From IMG/VR virus record IMGVR_UViG_3300042210_000071, positions 1 to 41,331 of that record: a stretch of 41,331 bases of DNA, one strand, 5' to 3'. Positions 27,686 to 37,582 of the stretch are shown here, piece after piece; positions within the stretch are counted from its first letter, which is position 1; each line of letters begins with the position of its first letter. A program made the position numbers and the translations under genes. Below the pieces are notes generated by a model. It had not been told where the DNA came from. It saw only the letters and a program-made list of their open reading frames with translations, and did no database searches. The DNA is from a virus (Duplodnaviria > Caudoviricetes).

Positions 27686-28867
27686 ATGGCAAAACATTTC
27701 TTCAAGTCTTTACCGGTTTTCTCAGGCTCTGAAATAAAAATTGACAGGGAAAACTCAATTATCAGAGGTGTTCAGATTGCCAAGTTTGGGAGAAACAAAA
27801 ATAAATCCTTCTTTGACGAGAAGTTCATTGAAGATTTAGTTAAAAAAGGTAACGAACAGAAACAGGGCGTCAAGAGCCGCTTTGGCCATCCTAACATGTG
27901 CGCTACATCATTCGGCACGTTCATTGGGCGATACAAAAATTTCAGGCAAGGAGAGATCGGCGCGGGTGGGCCGACCGCTGTTTTCGCAGATTTACACATT
28001 GATCCTATCACCAAGCAGACAGAGGTAGAAGGCAAAGGAATAAAGATGTATGACTACATCTTCCAAATGGCCGAGAACAACCCCGATATGTTTGGAAATT
28101 CCATACACATTGATTCAGATATTGATCGGAGGGTAATCGATGAAGAAATGCAGGATGTTCACACGCTTACATCTTTCATCGCATCAGATTTAGTTGACGA
28201 CCCGGCAGCCACGGACGGTTTGTTTTCAAATGGAACCGACCTTGGCGTTTTAGTCACTTCTTTTTTGGATGAAAACCCGGGAATTTTCAGTTCTATTCAG
28301 GCAAACCCCTCTATAATTGATGATTTTTTCGACAGATACAGGCATTATTTAAGTAACTATAAAAAAAGCAACATGAACATTTTCAAAAAAATTGCTGATA
28401 AATTCAGCTCAAAATTTGACGTTGAAAAGACGACTGCCACAGGCGATGTAGTGACAGTAGTCACAGAGGATTCTTCTCCAAAAGTAGGTGACGCCGTGAA
28501 CAACGCTGATGGCCAAGCAATAGCCGATGGAGACTTGCTATTGGCTGACGGAGAAACCTACGTCATCAAAGACGGCAAGATTCAAGAAATAAAACCCGCG
28601 ACGGGTACGCCCGAAGATGCCGAACGCGCCGAAACGATGTCAAGAGTTACGGCTTTGGGTAAAAAGTTTGAAACTTTTCAAAATCAAAGCGAGAAAACTT
28701 TTGGATTTTTAGCCGATCAGCTTGTAGCTATGAACAAAAAGTTTGACGCATTGGCTAGAAATATCGAGTCTAAAAAATTCGATACACCGGATGCAGAGGA
28801 AACAGGCCTGAAAACGAAAGGCCTTTACGAAAAAGTCACTGAAAAATTAACCGCTAATAAAAAATAG
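27686..28867 (+). CDS. Putative prohead protease/scaffold
   Basis: SRFGHP, FGNSI, SDLVDDPAAT motifs; coiled-coil C-terminus; directly before the capsid gene. Confidence 0.7.
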   Translation: MAKHFFKSLPVFSGSEIKIDRENSIIRGVQIAKFGRNKNKSFFDEKFIEDLVKKGNEQKQGVKSRFGHPNMCATSFGTFIGRYKNFRQGEIGAGGPTAVFADLHIDPITKQTEVEGKGIKMYDYIFQMAENNPDMFGNSIHIDSDIDRRVIDEEMQDVHTLTSFIASDLVDDPAATDGLFSNGTDLGVLVTSFLDENPGIFSSIQANPSIIDDFFDRYRHYLSNYKKSNMNIFKKIADKFSSKFDVEKTTATGDVVTVVTEDSSPKVGDAVNNADGQAIADGDLLLADGETYVIKDGKIQEIKPATGTPEDAERAETMSRVTALGKKFETFQNQSEKTFGFLADQLVAMNKKFDALARNIESKKFDTPDAEETGLKTKGLYEKVTEKLTANKK

Positions 28868-28872
28868 TAGCC

Positions 28873-29943
28873 ATGGCACTAAACATTTTATCGACATTTA
28901 CAGGGATCGCTACGGATGAGCGGTTCATTCAAGACATCAGGGAGATTGTAAGAAGTCAGGTTTTATATGAAAACACGGACAACTTCTTTACCATTGTACC
29001 CGGCATCAAAGGTGGCCAGCAAGTGGCTGCAATGCGAGGCATTGAATACGTGACTAAAAAGTCACAAGGTTGTGGAGGCGTTGCTTTATCTCCTGCTTTT
29101 CCTGCCATTTCTCAAAAATGGGAACCACAACTGGCAGAGGTGAATATCAAATACTGCTACACGGACTTTATGAGCAAATTCACTCAGTGGGGTCTTGCTA
29201 ACGGGTACGCGATCAAAGACCTTGCTGAAGCTGAGTTCTTTCTGTTTATTCAAAGCCTCATTGTTGACGCGATGAAGCTTGACCTTCAGAGAATCGTTCT
29301 TTTTGGCGATGAAGACATCGCAACTCAAAACATTTTGGCAGATGTGAATAAAGCTCCTTTTTATGACATCATCAAAAAAGGATTGATCCCGACTTTGCAA
29401 TATTTCAAAACAATTGCAGAGTTGGCTGACAATTTTATTCCGCTGAGCAAAAACACCGGCACAGATCAATTCAACTTGGCGCAAGATTACGCGTTAGGCA
29501 TCTACGAAGAATTGGTGGACGTTGACGATTTTGATGGCGACATGTTGTTGACCTCTTCAAAGTTATACAAGAACTACGAACGATACTTCAAAAGATTGGC
29601 CGGGGTAGGGCTTGAAACTTCTAAAGCTGAAATCCAAAACGGAATTCAGAACTTGAGGGTTGACGGGGAGAACATCGTCCCGATCAAGAATTACGACCGA
29701 TGGAGAAAAGTTGATTTTGTGACCGAGACAGCTCCTGCTTCAGGCCTGTTCACAACGCACTTGCCTCACTTCGGTTTGTTCACAAGAAAAGAATTCTTGC
29801 AAGTCGGCGTTGACGATGCTTCGGCGTTGGAAAACCTTACGCTTGAGTACATGGGTGGTAGTGACGAAAGCTTCTACATCAAAGGCAACTACATGGTTGA
29901 CTTCAAGATGGTGAATCCGTTCGAGTTCAAAGCGGCTATTTAA
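28873..29943 (+). CDS. Major capsid protein
   Basis: 356 aa after protease/scaffold; LQRIVLFGD...KGL pattern of HK97-fold proteins. Confidence 0.75.
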   Translation: MALNILSTFTGIATDERFIQDIREIVRSQVLYENTDNFFTIVPGIKGGQQVAAMRGIEYVTKKSQGCGGVALSPAFPAISQKWEPQLAEVNIKYCYTDFMSKFTQWGLANGYAIKDLAEAEFFLFIQSLIVDAMKLDLQRIVLFGDEDIATQNILADVNKAPFYDIIKKGLIPTLQYFKTIAELADNFIPLSKNTGTDQFNLAQDYALGIYEELVDVDDFDGDMLLTSSKLYKNYERYFKRLAGVGLETSKAEIQNGIQNLRVDGENIVPIKNYDRWRKVDFVTETAPASGLFTTHLPHFGLFTRKEFLQVGVDDASALENLTLEYMGGSDESFYIKGNYMVDFKMVNPFEFKAAI

Positions 29944-29962
29944 TTTTTAAAAATAAAGACAC

Positions 29963-30553
29963 ATGGGTTGCGCAACCAAATTAGCAGGCGGCTTCGTAAG
30001 GGAGTGCCTGCACAGGCCAAAACAAGGACTCCTCAAGAAATGGTATATCGACGAGGAAGACATCGACAGAGCTGCCACGCAATTGGCTAACAGAGGAACG
30101 AAGGTCACAGCCTTAGTTTTAAAAGTCGGAGCTAAAATTTATCCGGCTGAAGGGACTGACAAAACGAAATCAGGATCACACGCTTTGTCTGTGACTGATT
30201 TCGGTAACGGATACATTCATACCGACAGCTTCACAATTACTTACAGAGGTGAAAAGCAACGTGAGCGCATCCAAGAGTTGGTTGACGGCGCAAGAGTAGT
30301 CACCATCAATCAGAAGGTTGACAAAGGCCTCACTGGTGAGCTGTCTTACGAAATTCTTGGCCTTGAATCCGGGATGTTGATTACTAATGACGATTGGAGT
30401 TCAAGCGAAAATTCCGGAACTTCTAAAATCGTTGTAGCGACCAGAGAAGGCGAAGAGGAGTTGACCGGTGCGAAACTTTGGAGCGAAGGCACATTGGCCG
30501 CAACAGAAGCTTGGATTACAGCCAATGAGTTCGTTGAGCCTGTTGTACCGTAA
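29963..30553 (+). CDS. Putative major tail (tube) protein
   Basis: MGC...C N-terminus, EILGLESGM, beta-rich; follows capsid. Confidence 0.6.
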   Translation: MGCATKLAGGFVRECLHRPKQGLLKKWYIDEEDIDRAATQLANRGTKVTALVLKVGAKIYPAEGTDKTKSGSHALSVTDFGNGYIHTDSFTITYRGEKQRERIQELVDGARVVTINQKVDKGLTGELSYEILGLESGMLITNDDWSSSENSGTSKIVVATREGEEELTGAKLWSEGTLAATEAWITANEFVEPVVP

Positions 30554-31106
30554 GGAAATAGACCTGATATCATCGCTTAGTCATTATCAAATAATGAGAG
30601 GTGCTGACAGTCAGGGAAAGCCTTATTTAAAAACGCTTTTTGAAACTCATGAGAAATTGTTTGGGCAAACTTGTTCATCCTGTCCTTCAAGAATCAATGA
30701 GTACATCACGAGAATTAAAAAATTAAAATTTAAACAAGTGGAAAACAAGAAATTCAAACTCAAAAAAGGAGCGATCATCGTTGTTCCCGGAACCTCAGAA
30801 TCTTACTCTGAGCACAACCTCACTGATGAGATTTCCCTAAAGCTTCTAAAAGACAATCCAAACCGGAGAAGTCTTTTCGTTAAGGTACCTGAAGATCTAG
30901 ACAGCCTGTTGTCTGAAGAACCATTAGTGGACGTGTTTGGCAAAAGCATGACTATTCCGGAGACTTTGTCGCTGCTTGAAGAAGCAGGGATAAATACGAA
31001 GGCTACCACAGCTGACGGCTTGAGCAAGAGGATAAAATCTCTGAAGCCTGACGAAGTTGAGTACCTCAACATTGTTATCAAAGACCGTGAAACTGTCACA
31101 GAATAG
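30525..31106 (+). CDS. Hypothetical protein with CxxC (start uncertain: 30525 or 30594)
   Basis: CSSC motif; lies between tail tube and portal. Confidence 0.55.
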   Translation: MSSLSLLYRKEIDLISSLSHYQIMRGADSQGKPYLKTLFETHEKLFGQTCSSCPSRINEYITRIKKLKFKQVENKKFKLKKGAIIVVPGTSESYSEHNLTDEISLKLLKDNPNRRSLFVKVPEDLDSLLSEEPLVDVFGKSMTIPETLSLLEEAGINTKATTADGLSKRIKSLKPDEVEYLNIVIKDRETVTE

Positions 31107-31125
31107 ACAATGAAAAATTTTCAAT

Positions 31126-32523
31126 ATGAAAAGCCGGCTGATACAGTCACATAGAGAAGAAGTTCAGGAGGTCTTCAACAAAAAGCTTGGGGTTATTTTC
31201 AACGGTGAAGATAACCTCAAGCCGTTTATGATAGAATCGCTGATTGATAAAAGTCCGACAGCAACACAATGCGCATGGATATATCAGAGCTTTCTCGGTG
31301 GTGGAGGTTTTAAAGTGGACTTGACAAAATTCAATCTTTCAGACAAGTTTCACGAGTTTGTAAACCCGGATGATTTATTGTTCGATGTAGCTGAATCTCT
31401 ATCCAGGCATCAAGGTGTATTTATACACGTCAGCTATAACGCATTATTCAATAAGACAGCTTATAAGGTAATACCCTATTCGCTTTGCCGGGTTGGAAAA
31501 AAAGACAGTGACGATTTCTCCGGCAAAGTAGTGCTGTCAAGAAAGGGATGGGGAAAATATTTGAAGAAAGACGAACTTGAGGTTTTCGACGCTTACAACC
31601 CTAATTCTGATGTAATCTTAAAACAGGTTGAGAGAGATGGTGGTTGGCACAATTACAAAGGGCAAGTTCTTTTTTTTAAGCTTTCAAATAAATCTACCTA
31701 TCCGGTATCGCTTATAGAATCTGCTTACATCTTTGCAGACTCTGAGTATAACATCGGCCTGTTTTATAATTCCACAACAAAACGAGGTTTCAACGACATC
31801 ACTATTGTGATGCATAAGCCGTTTGATTCCATTTTACAACAGCAATCTTTTGATGATAACGCTCGTAAAGTGACGGGTGTCGAGAACGCGAGCTCGCTCT
31901 GGATGATTGAGGACAACATGCCCGGTTCTGAAGACGCTAACGTGAAGTTCGATAAAATATCATCTGATCAGAAGCCTGACAGGTACCAGCACATAGAGCA
32001 GAGTTCTGCTAACTTTATCAGAAAGGCGTTTAAAAACATCCCTCCGCAGTTAGTAGATTACATTCAAGGCAAACTCGGGGCAACATCCGGAGAGGACCTC
32101 ATCAAAGCGCAATCGGTTTATAACTCGATTATAAGCAGGGACAGGCTAAAGGTAGAATCACTGTTTAAGGAGCTATTTGAGAATTACAAAGAAGCCATCA
32201 ACCCGTCAGGAGATTGGACAATCAGCCAATATTCTTTACTCGATGATGGTACAGCCGGAAATGCAAGCGCATCAGTAGATGGCTCAGACGAGAATAAAGG
32301 TGCAGATCAGCTGAAACTCGAAGCGCAATCAAATCTTAGAGGATCAGTTGGTGGAGTTACAGGGATTCTGTCTATTCAAACATCAGTAGCACAGAAAGTA
32401 ACGAGTTATGATTCCGGAATAGCCATGTTAGAGGAAATTTTCGGATACGAGACAGCTGTTGCAGAACGCATTTTAGGAGAACCAATAGAATTAGAAAAAT
32501 CAAATGACACGGTTAATCAATAA
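31126..32523 (+). CDS. Portal protein
   Basis: 465 aa; NGEDNL.P, SPTA..C, IRKAFKNIPPQL; size and context. Confidence 0.75.
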   Translation: MKSRLIQSHREEVQEVFNKKLGVIFNGEDNLKPFMIESLIDKSPTATQCAWIYQSFLGGGGFKVDLTKFNLSDKFHEFVNPDDLLFDVAESLSRHQGVFIHVSYNALFNKTAYKVIPYSLCRVGKKDSDDFSGKVVLSRKGWGKYLKKDELEVFDAYNPNSDVILKQVERDGGWHNYKGQVLFFKLSNKSTYPVSLIESAYIFADSEYNIGLFYNSTTKRGFNDITIVMHKPFDSILQQQSFDDNARKVTGVENASSLWMIEDNMPGSEDANVKFDKISSDQKPDRYQHIEQSSANFIRKAFKNIPPQLVDYIQGKLGATSGEDLIKAQSVYNSIISRDRLKVESLFKELFENYKEAINPSGDWTISQYSLLDDGTAGNASASVDGSDENKGADQLKLEAQSNLRGSVGGVTGILSIQTSVAQKVTSYDSGIAMLEEIFGYETAVAERILGEPIELEKSNDTVNQ

Positions 32524-33016
32524 AGCAACAGTATCGGCTAAACTTCAAGTCGCTATCGGCTATTCCGAAGCCGACTTCAATACTTTTATTGATGAGGCTC
32601 AAATATTTGACATCAAGCCGTTGCTTTGCGAGAATTTTTACGCCGATTTGTTAGCCAAAAAAGACGAGCCAGCTTACAAACTGCTAATTGACGGAGGATC
32701 GTATCTATATAACGAGAGAAACATCGAGTTTCCCGGAATTGCAGATGTGCTGTCTTACTTTACCTATGCCAGGTTCGCGCTTAAATCTAATTTCGTAAGC
32801 ACTTCTCACGGGTTTTCCGTTAAAAAGACACCCGTATCAGATCCGGTATCGGAAGGTGAGAAAGCACATATTTATAATCATTACCGAAAAGACGCTAATA
32901 CCCTTTTTGAAGATGTAAAAAAATACATCGAGCGCAATATCGAGCTGTTCCCAAGCTACAAATGTGACGGATGCGGCTCAAATCCACAAATTTTCAAATC
33001 AAGAGTCATACAATGA
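32504..33016 (+). CDS. Putative head-tail adaptor
   Basis: FIDEAQ.FDIKPLL, LSYFTYARF helical pattern; follows portal. Confidence 0.6.
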   Translation: MTRLINKATVSAKLQVAIGYSEADFNTFIDEAQIFDIKPLLCENFYADLLAKKDEPAYKLLIDGGSYLYNERNIEFPGIADVLSYFTYARFALKSNFVSTSHGFSVKKTPVSDPVSEGEKAHIYNHYRKDANTLFEDVKKYIERNIELFPSYKCDGCGSNPQIFKSRVIQ

Positions 33017-36000
33017 TATTCAGTTTCATCGACATATCGACATCAAAGTTTTCAATCAACGGACGAACTATGTTCAAAACTTTCGTCCCGTTTTTTATTG
33101 ATGATACGCACATCAAAATTTTCAACATTTATGACAGCCGGTGTCCGCTGATTGATTCTACGGATGTGGCCGACATAGAAGTTGGCGGGATTGTTTTTGC
33201 AAACGCCACAGACCTCATCAACGCGATTCATGGCGTGCTTTTCTCAAGAACTGTGGCCGGAGATATTGACAACGCTCAAATCGAATTGAACAGACTGGCT
33301 ATAATAAGCCTTCAAAACAGTAAATCAGATGTTGGCCACGTGCATGATGACCGATATTATACTAAGTCGCAAATAGACCAGCTCGTCACATCGATAGTCG
33401 ATTCGTCAGATCTCATAGCAAGCGGTCAGATTGATGGTGACAATCTCATTTTCTTCAATAATGCAGGCCTGCAGTTGTTTAGTTTAGACGCGAAGAGGTT
33501 CACGAGCCAAGGCACTATTGTTTCTTTTGCAAATGGGGTTTTGACATTGAAAAATGAAAGAGGCGAGGTTTTATCACAAACGAGCATCTCTGCTGAGGAG
33601 AGCTATTATGATAAATTTCAATTCCTTTCCGGATTAGAGGATGATTTGGGAGACCTTATCCCAACTGAAAAATTTTCAGTTGTAGAAACCACGTCAGGTT
33701 TATTTTTCTTTGTGTCAAAAATTGGCAACAAAGAAGTTTTTGAAGGGAAAAGGCTGCTTGTTAATTTGAACAAATTTCGTGTTGATTTTGGCCAGCCAGA
33801 TATCACAAACGGCTTATTCAAAGCTTGGGGGCTTGCAGGATTTGAGGGAGCTTTCGTGTCTAACGAATTTTACACGTTTGATTTTTGGGAATTGGAGTCG
33901 CCTTCAGACAACATCCCCGTCACCTTCACCACCACCGCAACGGACGTACCTACTTTGGTAGCTTGGCTAAACACCCAAAACCCGCCAATCGAAATTACAG
34001 CCAATCAAATCCCCGAATGGGAGTTGACAGACGGTACACGTTACCGTTTTGAGAACAAAGGAAAAGGCGTTTACGGCGTTGGGCAAACGCCAATTGTGGA
34101 GGGTGATTTTAAGCTCGTCTTGGACGGGGCTAATACAAAAAAACTTGAAACAATAACAACGCCCGGTATCTACCCTCTTTGGAATGTCGTATTAGAAAAT
34201 GTACAAAGAATCGTCAACGGGCAGGAATCGGGATTTGTAACGAGCGTAAATGAGGTGTTGAGCCTTTCTGGAGTGTCGGTTGTGAAAAAGGATATGCCGA
34301 TAGTTTACGGTTTTGATTTAATCAATGGTGCTGGCACTATCGTCTCTTCGGTTGCTGAATTAAACGCTTTTCCGCATTCAGATGGGGCTACGGTGGTTTT
34401 GAGTTTTGGGGGCTCATCTTACCTATACGTGTCTGTTTCTGCACAATGGATACTGATTGGCATTTTCACAGCTATTTCAAACACTTTTGCAGAAATAGAG
34501 TTGGAAGCGGAGTACGCTACTGTTCCAAAAGTCACAAGCTCCGACTATGGTATGATGGTTGTCAATTTAGATAAAGTCATTTCAACAACCAACGGAGAAT
34601 TGAGCGATGCCGACAACGTTCAGATTGACTTGATGCGAAGCTTTATCAATTTTCCAACTTCGGTCATCGCTGTTAAAAATAAGGTAGTTTTGACAGACGA
34701 TTTAGTTTTTTCAAAAAAGAAAATGAATGACCTTTTCGTTAAGGTTGTCGCAAATGACGTAAATCATTTTGATTTCAACTTTGACTATCGTTACAAAAAT
34801 ATTTCAGGAACTGTCATCCTCAAGGAAAGAAGAACCCTAATGCTGAATGAATTGGCGTTGCTGAAAGCCAACCAAACAGGCGGGCTTGTATTAACAGCTA
34901 TCTTAGGCAACCTTGAAGGAACGATTGAGGGCGTTACTGGTGAAGGCGACAAGTTCAAAGAGCCCTTGCAAACTGCTTTTGACAACACGACCAACGAAAA
35001 CATGGTTGTCAACGCCATCCTGCAACGGGATGATATCTCACAAGTCACAGTTACGGTCATAGCTAACGACCTCACCGACCGAACGTCATTTGCGACTGTC
35101 ACAGGCGAAAAGGTAATAATTTCAGATATCGAAGCAATTCACACAGGTAAGCTTCACCAATGGTTCAATTTCGGGCATGAATTCGTGATGCCATTTGAAA
35201 GCGAGTTTGTTGATACTTTTACCGATATAGGTACTGAATTACAAGGTAATAATATTTCATCGTACACAAAGAAGAACGGTGGTCACATGAGCCTATCCGC
35301 AATTGTAGGAAAAGAGATACAGCTTACTGAAGACGTAGATGCAGATGTGATTCATGTCACAGGGCATGGTGCGAACGACCCTATCAGAATCGATTGGACG
35401 GACGGTGACAAAACTTTCCGCCCTAATCTGATTATCGTTGGAGCTGGATTAGAAACTGACTTAGACGCTAACTGGCAGACCTCGTTTGGTTTTGGAATGG
35501 AATTTATAGAACCAACTTCTGTAAGTACAGTTCCTACAATTCCTTTAGGTGCAAGCGAACCTGATGTTCATCAGCAGTCGCCTGCAACTGCAATTGTAGC
35601 GGGTAAGCTGAGAGCCATCAAAAAGTCAGTCCCCAATGCAACTTGGCAAGAGGTGCGTTTAGCCGCTCGTGCAACAGCAAGCAGAGCGACTGCTTGGGAT
35701 ATGTACCGAGGCTTCGGTGTCATTGATACAGCGGCGGCAATTGCTCAATTGAAGTTAGACGTTGAAAGAAATTCGCTTGTAAAAGCAAACATTTATAACC
35801 GAAACAATAAGGTCGCTAAGAGCATCGACTATTCTAAAATAAATGAAGATGTCGCAGTACCGAAGCGGCATTTAGCCTCTTTGGGATTGGTAGTCGCTGA
35901 TGAAATAGTCAACAAAGCCGTTTCGTTTATGAAAGATGATGGCGGCTTTAGGGATTTGAAAGCCGACATACCTGGATTTTATAAAACCAAATTTTTGAAG

Positions 36001-37023
36001 CAATCCATTAAAAGATTGCATGAGAATGAGGAATTTGACGGGCTTACAGGCATCTTCTTACCTGAAGCAAGCAGAACATCTAACGGAACTTCCGGTAAGT
36101 TGTACAATCTCCTGAATCCGGCGATATCTTTCGGTTTCACGAGAAATAGCCTAAAATACGGACATCGGGAAAGTTTAAAGATTGTAGAGTTCACTGCTCA
36201 CGAGCCTGCAATCTGCTATCTTAACGGATACCCCGAACTAATTGTAGAACCTCAAAGAACTAATTTAGTTTTAAACAGCGAACCGACAGCTAATGAGGGA
36301 GCTGCTTCGGCGGGGGTAACTTACCAAACCTTGCCAAATCCTTTTGGTTTTGCGAGTTGGGTGAATGTGCCGTTTTCATCATCTGTTTTTGGTTTTAGAT
36401 ATAATGGCAATGTTACAGACGCTAATTTTTACGAGCAACATTATTACATAAAAGTTCCGAAAGGTATGGCTATTGACTTTTCAAATGATGCATCTGTTTT
36501 AGATAGTTATCTAAGCGTGGTTTTGAGAGGTAATATAAATATAAATAAAACTGCAAAATTCAAATTAAAAAAAATAACAAATGAGTTGTATTTTTTGGCT
36601 GCAATTGATTTTCCAAGAGGCTCAACCAATAATGCAAATAACGGGATAGCACTACCAAACACAACTGCACATCAGCGAGATGCAATTTACACAGGCATAG
36701 GGCTTATACAAACAACTGACACGGCTTTTGTAGGCTCATACATCCGCACCACGGGAGCAACAAAAACAGTTAATGCAGACGTTTATACGATTAGCAACTT
36801 ACTTGCCAATGGAATGATAACTGCCACAGAAGGAACAATTATAGAACGTGGAAGCAACCAAGAAGTTAGAACTGTTTGGATAGGAGGAAATAAGTTAAAA
36901 TTTATTGACAATGCTTTGGTATCGACCGTTGCGGAAGTGCCAAATAATAATGCTTTTACGCTTGACACTTCAAGTTACAGACTATCTGAAATATTAATTT
37001 ATAATAAAGCTATTTTACCATGA
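33013..37023 (+). CDS. Large mosaic fibre/spike protein with internal subtilase (S8)-like domain
   Basis: ATGA-coupled start at 33013; HVHDDRYYTK motif; S8-like motifs ~35080-35760; C-terminal EPQRTNL...SYIRTTGAT fibre-type domain. Confidence 0.7.
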   Translation: MIFSFIDISTSKFSINGRTMFKTFVPFFIDDTHIKIFNIYDSRCPLIDSTDVADIEVGGIVFANATDLINAIHGVLFSRTVAGDIDNAQIELNRLAIISLQNSKSDVGHVHDDRYYTKSQIDQLVTSIVDSSDLIASGQIDGDNLIFFNNAGLQLFSLDAKRFTSQGTIVSFANGVLTLKNERGEVLSQTSISAEESYYDKFQFLSGLEDDLGDLIPTEKFSVVETTSGLFFFVSKIGNKEVFEGKRLLVNLNKFRVDFGQPDITNGLFKAWGLAGFEGAFVSNEFYTFDFWELESPSDNIPVTFTTTATDVPTLVAWLNTQNPPIEITANQIPEWELTDGTRYRFENKGKGVYGVGQTPIVEGDFKLVLDGANTKKLETITTPGIYPLWNVVLENVQRIVNGQESGFVTSVNEVLSLSGVSVVKKDMPIVYGFDLINGAGTIVSSVAELNAFPHSDGATVVLSFGGSSYLYVSVSAQWILIGIFTAISNTFAEIELEAEYATVPKVTSSDYGMMVVNLDKVISTTNGELSDADNVQIDLMRSFINFPTSVIAVKNKVVLTDDLVFSKKKMNDLFVKVVANDVNHFDFNFDYRYKNISGTVILKERRTLMLNELALLKANQTGGLVLTAILGNLEGTIEGVTGEGDKFKEPLQTAFDNTTNENMVVNAILQRDDISQVTVTVIANDLTDRTSFATVTGEKVIISDIEAIHTGKLHQWFNFGHEFVMPFESEFVDTFTDIGTELQGNNISSYTKKNGGHMSLSAIVGKEIQLTEDVDADVIHVTGHGANDPIRIDWTDGDKTFRPNLIIVGAGLETDLDANWQTSFGFGMEFIEPTSVSTVPTIPLGASEPDVHQQSPATAIVAGKLRAIKKSVPNATWQEVRLAARATASRATAWDMYRGFGVIDTAAAIAQLKLDVERNSLVKANIYNRNNKVAKSIDYSKINEDVAVPKRHLASLGLVVADEIVNKAVSFMKDDGGFRDLKADIPGFYKTKFLKQSIKRLHENEEFDGLTGIFLPEASRTSNGTSGKLYNLLNPAISFGFTRNSLKYGHRESLKIVEFTAHEPAICYLNGYPELIVEPQRTNLVLNSEPTANEGAASAGVTYQTLPNPFGFASWVNVPFSSSVFGFRYNGNVTDANFYEQHYYIKVPKGMAIDFSNDASVLDSYLSVVLRGNININKTAKFKLKKITNELYFLAAIDFPRGSTNNANNGIALPNTTAHQRDAIYTGIGLIQTTDTAFVGSYIRTTGATKTVNADVYTISNLLANGMITATEGTIIERGSNQEVRTVWIGGNKLKFIDNALVSTVAEVPNNNAFTLDTSSYRLSEILIYNKAILP

Positions 37024-37577
37024 TACAATTAGCACAATTCACAGTCTTCCCATCAGCCGGCCACAGCAACGCGGACCCAGGAGCCGTTGCTAATGGCTTC
37101 AAAGAAGCAGCATTGACACAAGAGCTTCGCAACATGGTAGCTGAACGGCTCAAAGCTGCCAACCATCGCTTTATCACCGACAACGACAACGAGAGCAACC
37201 GGCAGCACCAAGGGCGCATCAAGCCGGGCAACGGGAGCGTGCTGCTCGATTTTCATTTCAATGCCGGGCCGCCAAGCGCAACCGGCACAGAGGTCATCGT
37301 TAGCAATGTAGCCAATGACAACAGCAGGCTTTTTGCCCGCGAGCTCATAGATGGATCTTCACGAATCTTAGGCATTCGCAATCGCGGAGTAAAAGGTGAA
37401 AGAGGCTCACAACACAGCCGTATAGGTATCTTGCACCTTGGTGCAGGCATAGCCGCGTTGGCGGAGGTTTGCTTCATGACGAATGCGCAAGATTTAGCTG
37501 CTTATCAAGTCAACAAAGAGCGGTTGGCTGACTTTTACGCAGAAATGCTCATTAAATATGATAATCTTATAAAATAA
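37020..37577 (+). CDS. Endolysin, N-acetylmuramoyl-L-alanine amidase (Amidase_3)
   Basis: SAGH..DPGA..E, HFNA, GTEV, NRGVK, AEVCF. Confidence 0.92.
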   Translation: MIQLAQFTVFPSAGHSNADPGAVANGFKEAALTQELRNMVAERLKAANHRFITDNDNESNRQHQGRIKPGNGSVLLDFHFNAGPPSATGTEVIVSNVANDNSRLFARELIDGSSRILGIRNRGVKGERGSQHSRIGILHLGAGIAALAEVCFMTNAQDLAAYQVNKERLADFYAEMLIKYDNLIK

Positions 37578-37582
37578 AACAC

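Noticed and set aside
30540-30560. +1 programmed frameshift extending the tail tube (CCG TAA into the overlapping ORF)
   Set aside because: Known cases use CCC-TAA/TGA; CCG cannot re-pair well in +1, and the downstream ORF has its own ATG candidates
31110-31125. Operator-like ATTGAAAATT before the portal gene (similar match at 39733-39743)
   Set aside because: Only 10-11 bp of an A/T-rich motif; expected by chance
33013-37023. Diversity-generating retroelement or invertible tail-fibre switch
   Set aside because: No reverse transcriptase, invertase or template/variable repeat pair seen in the window
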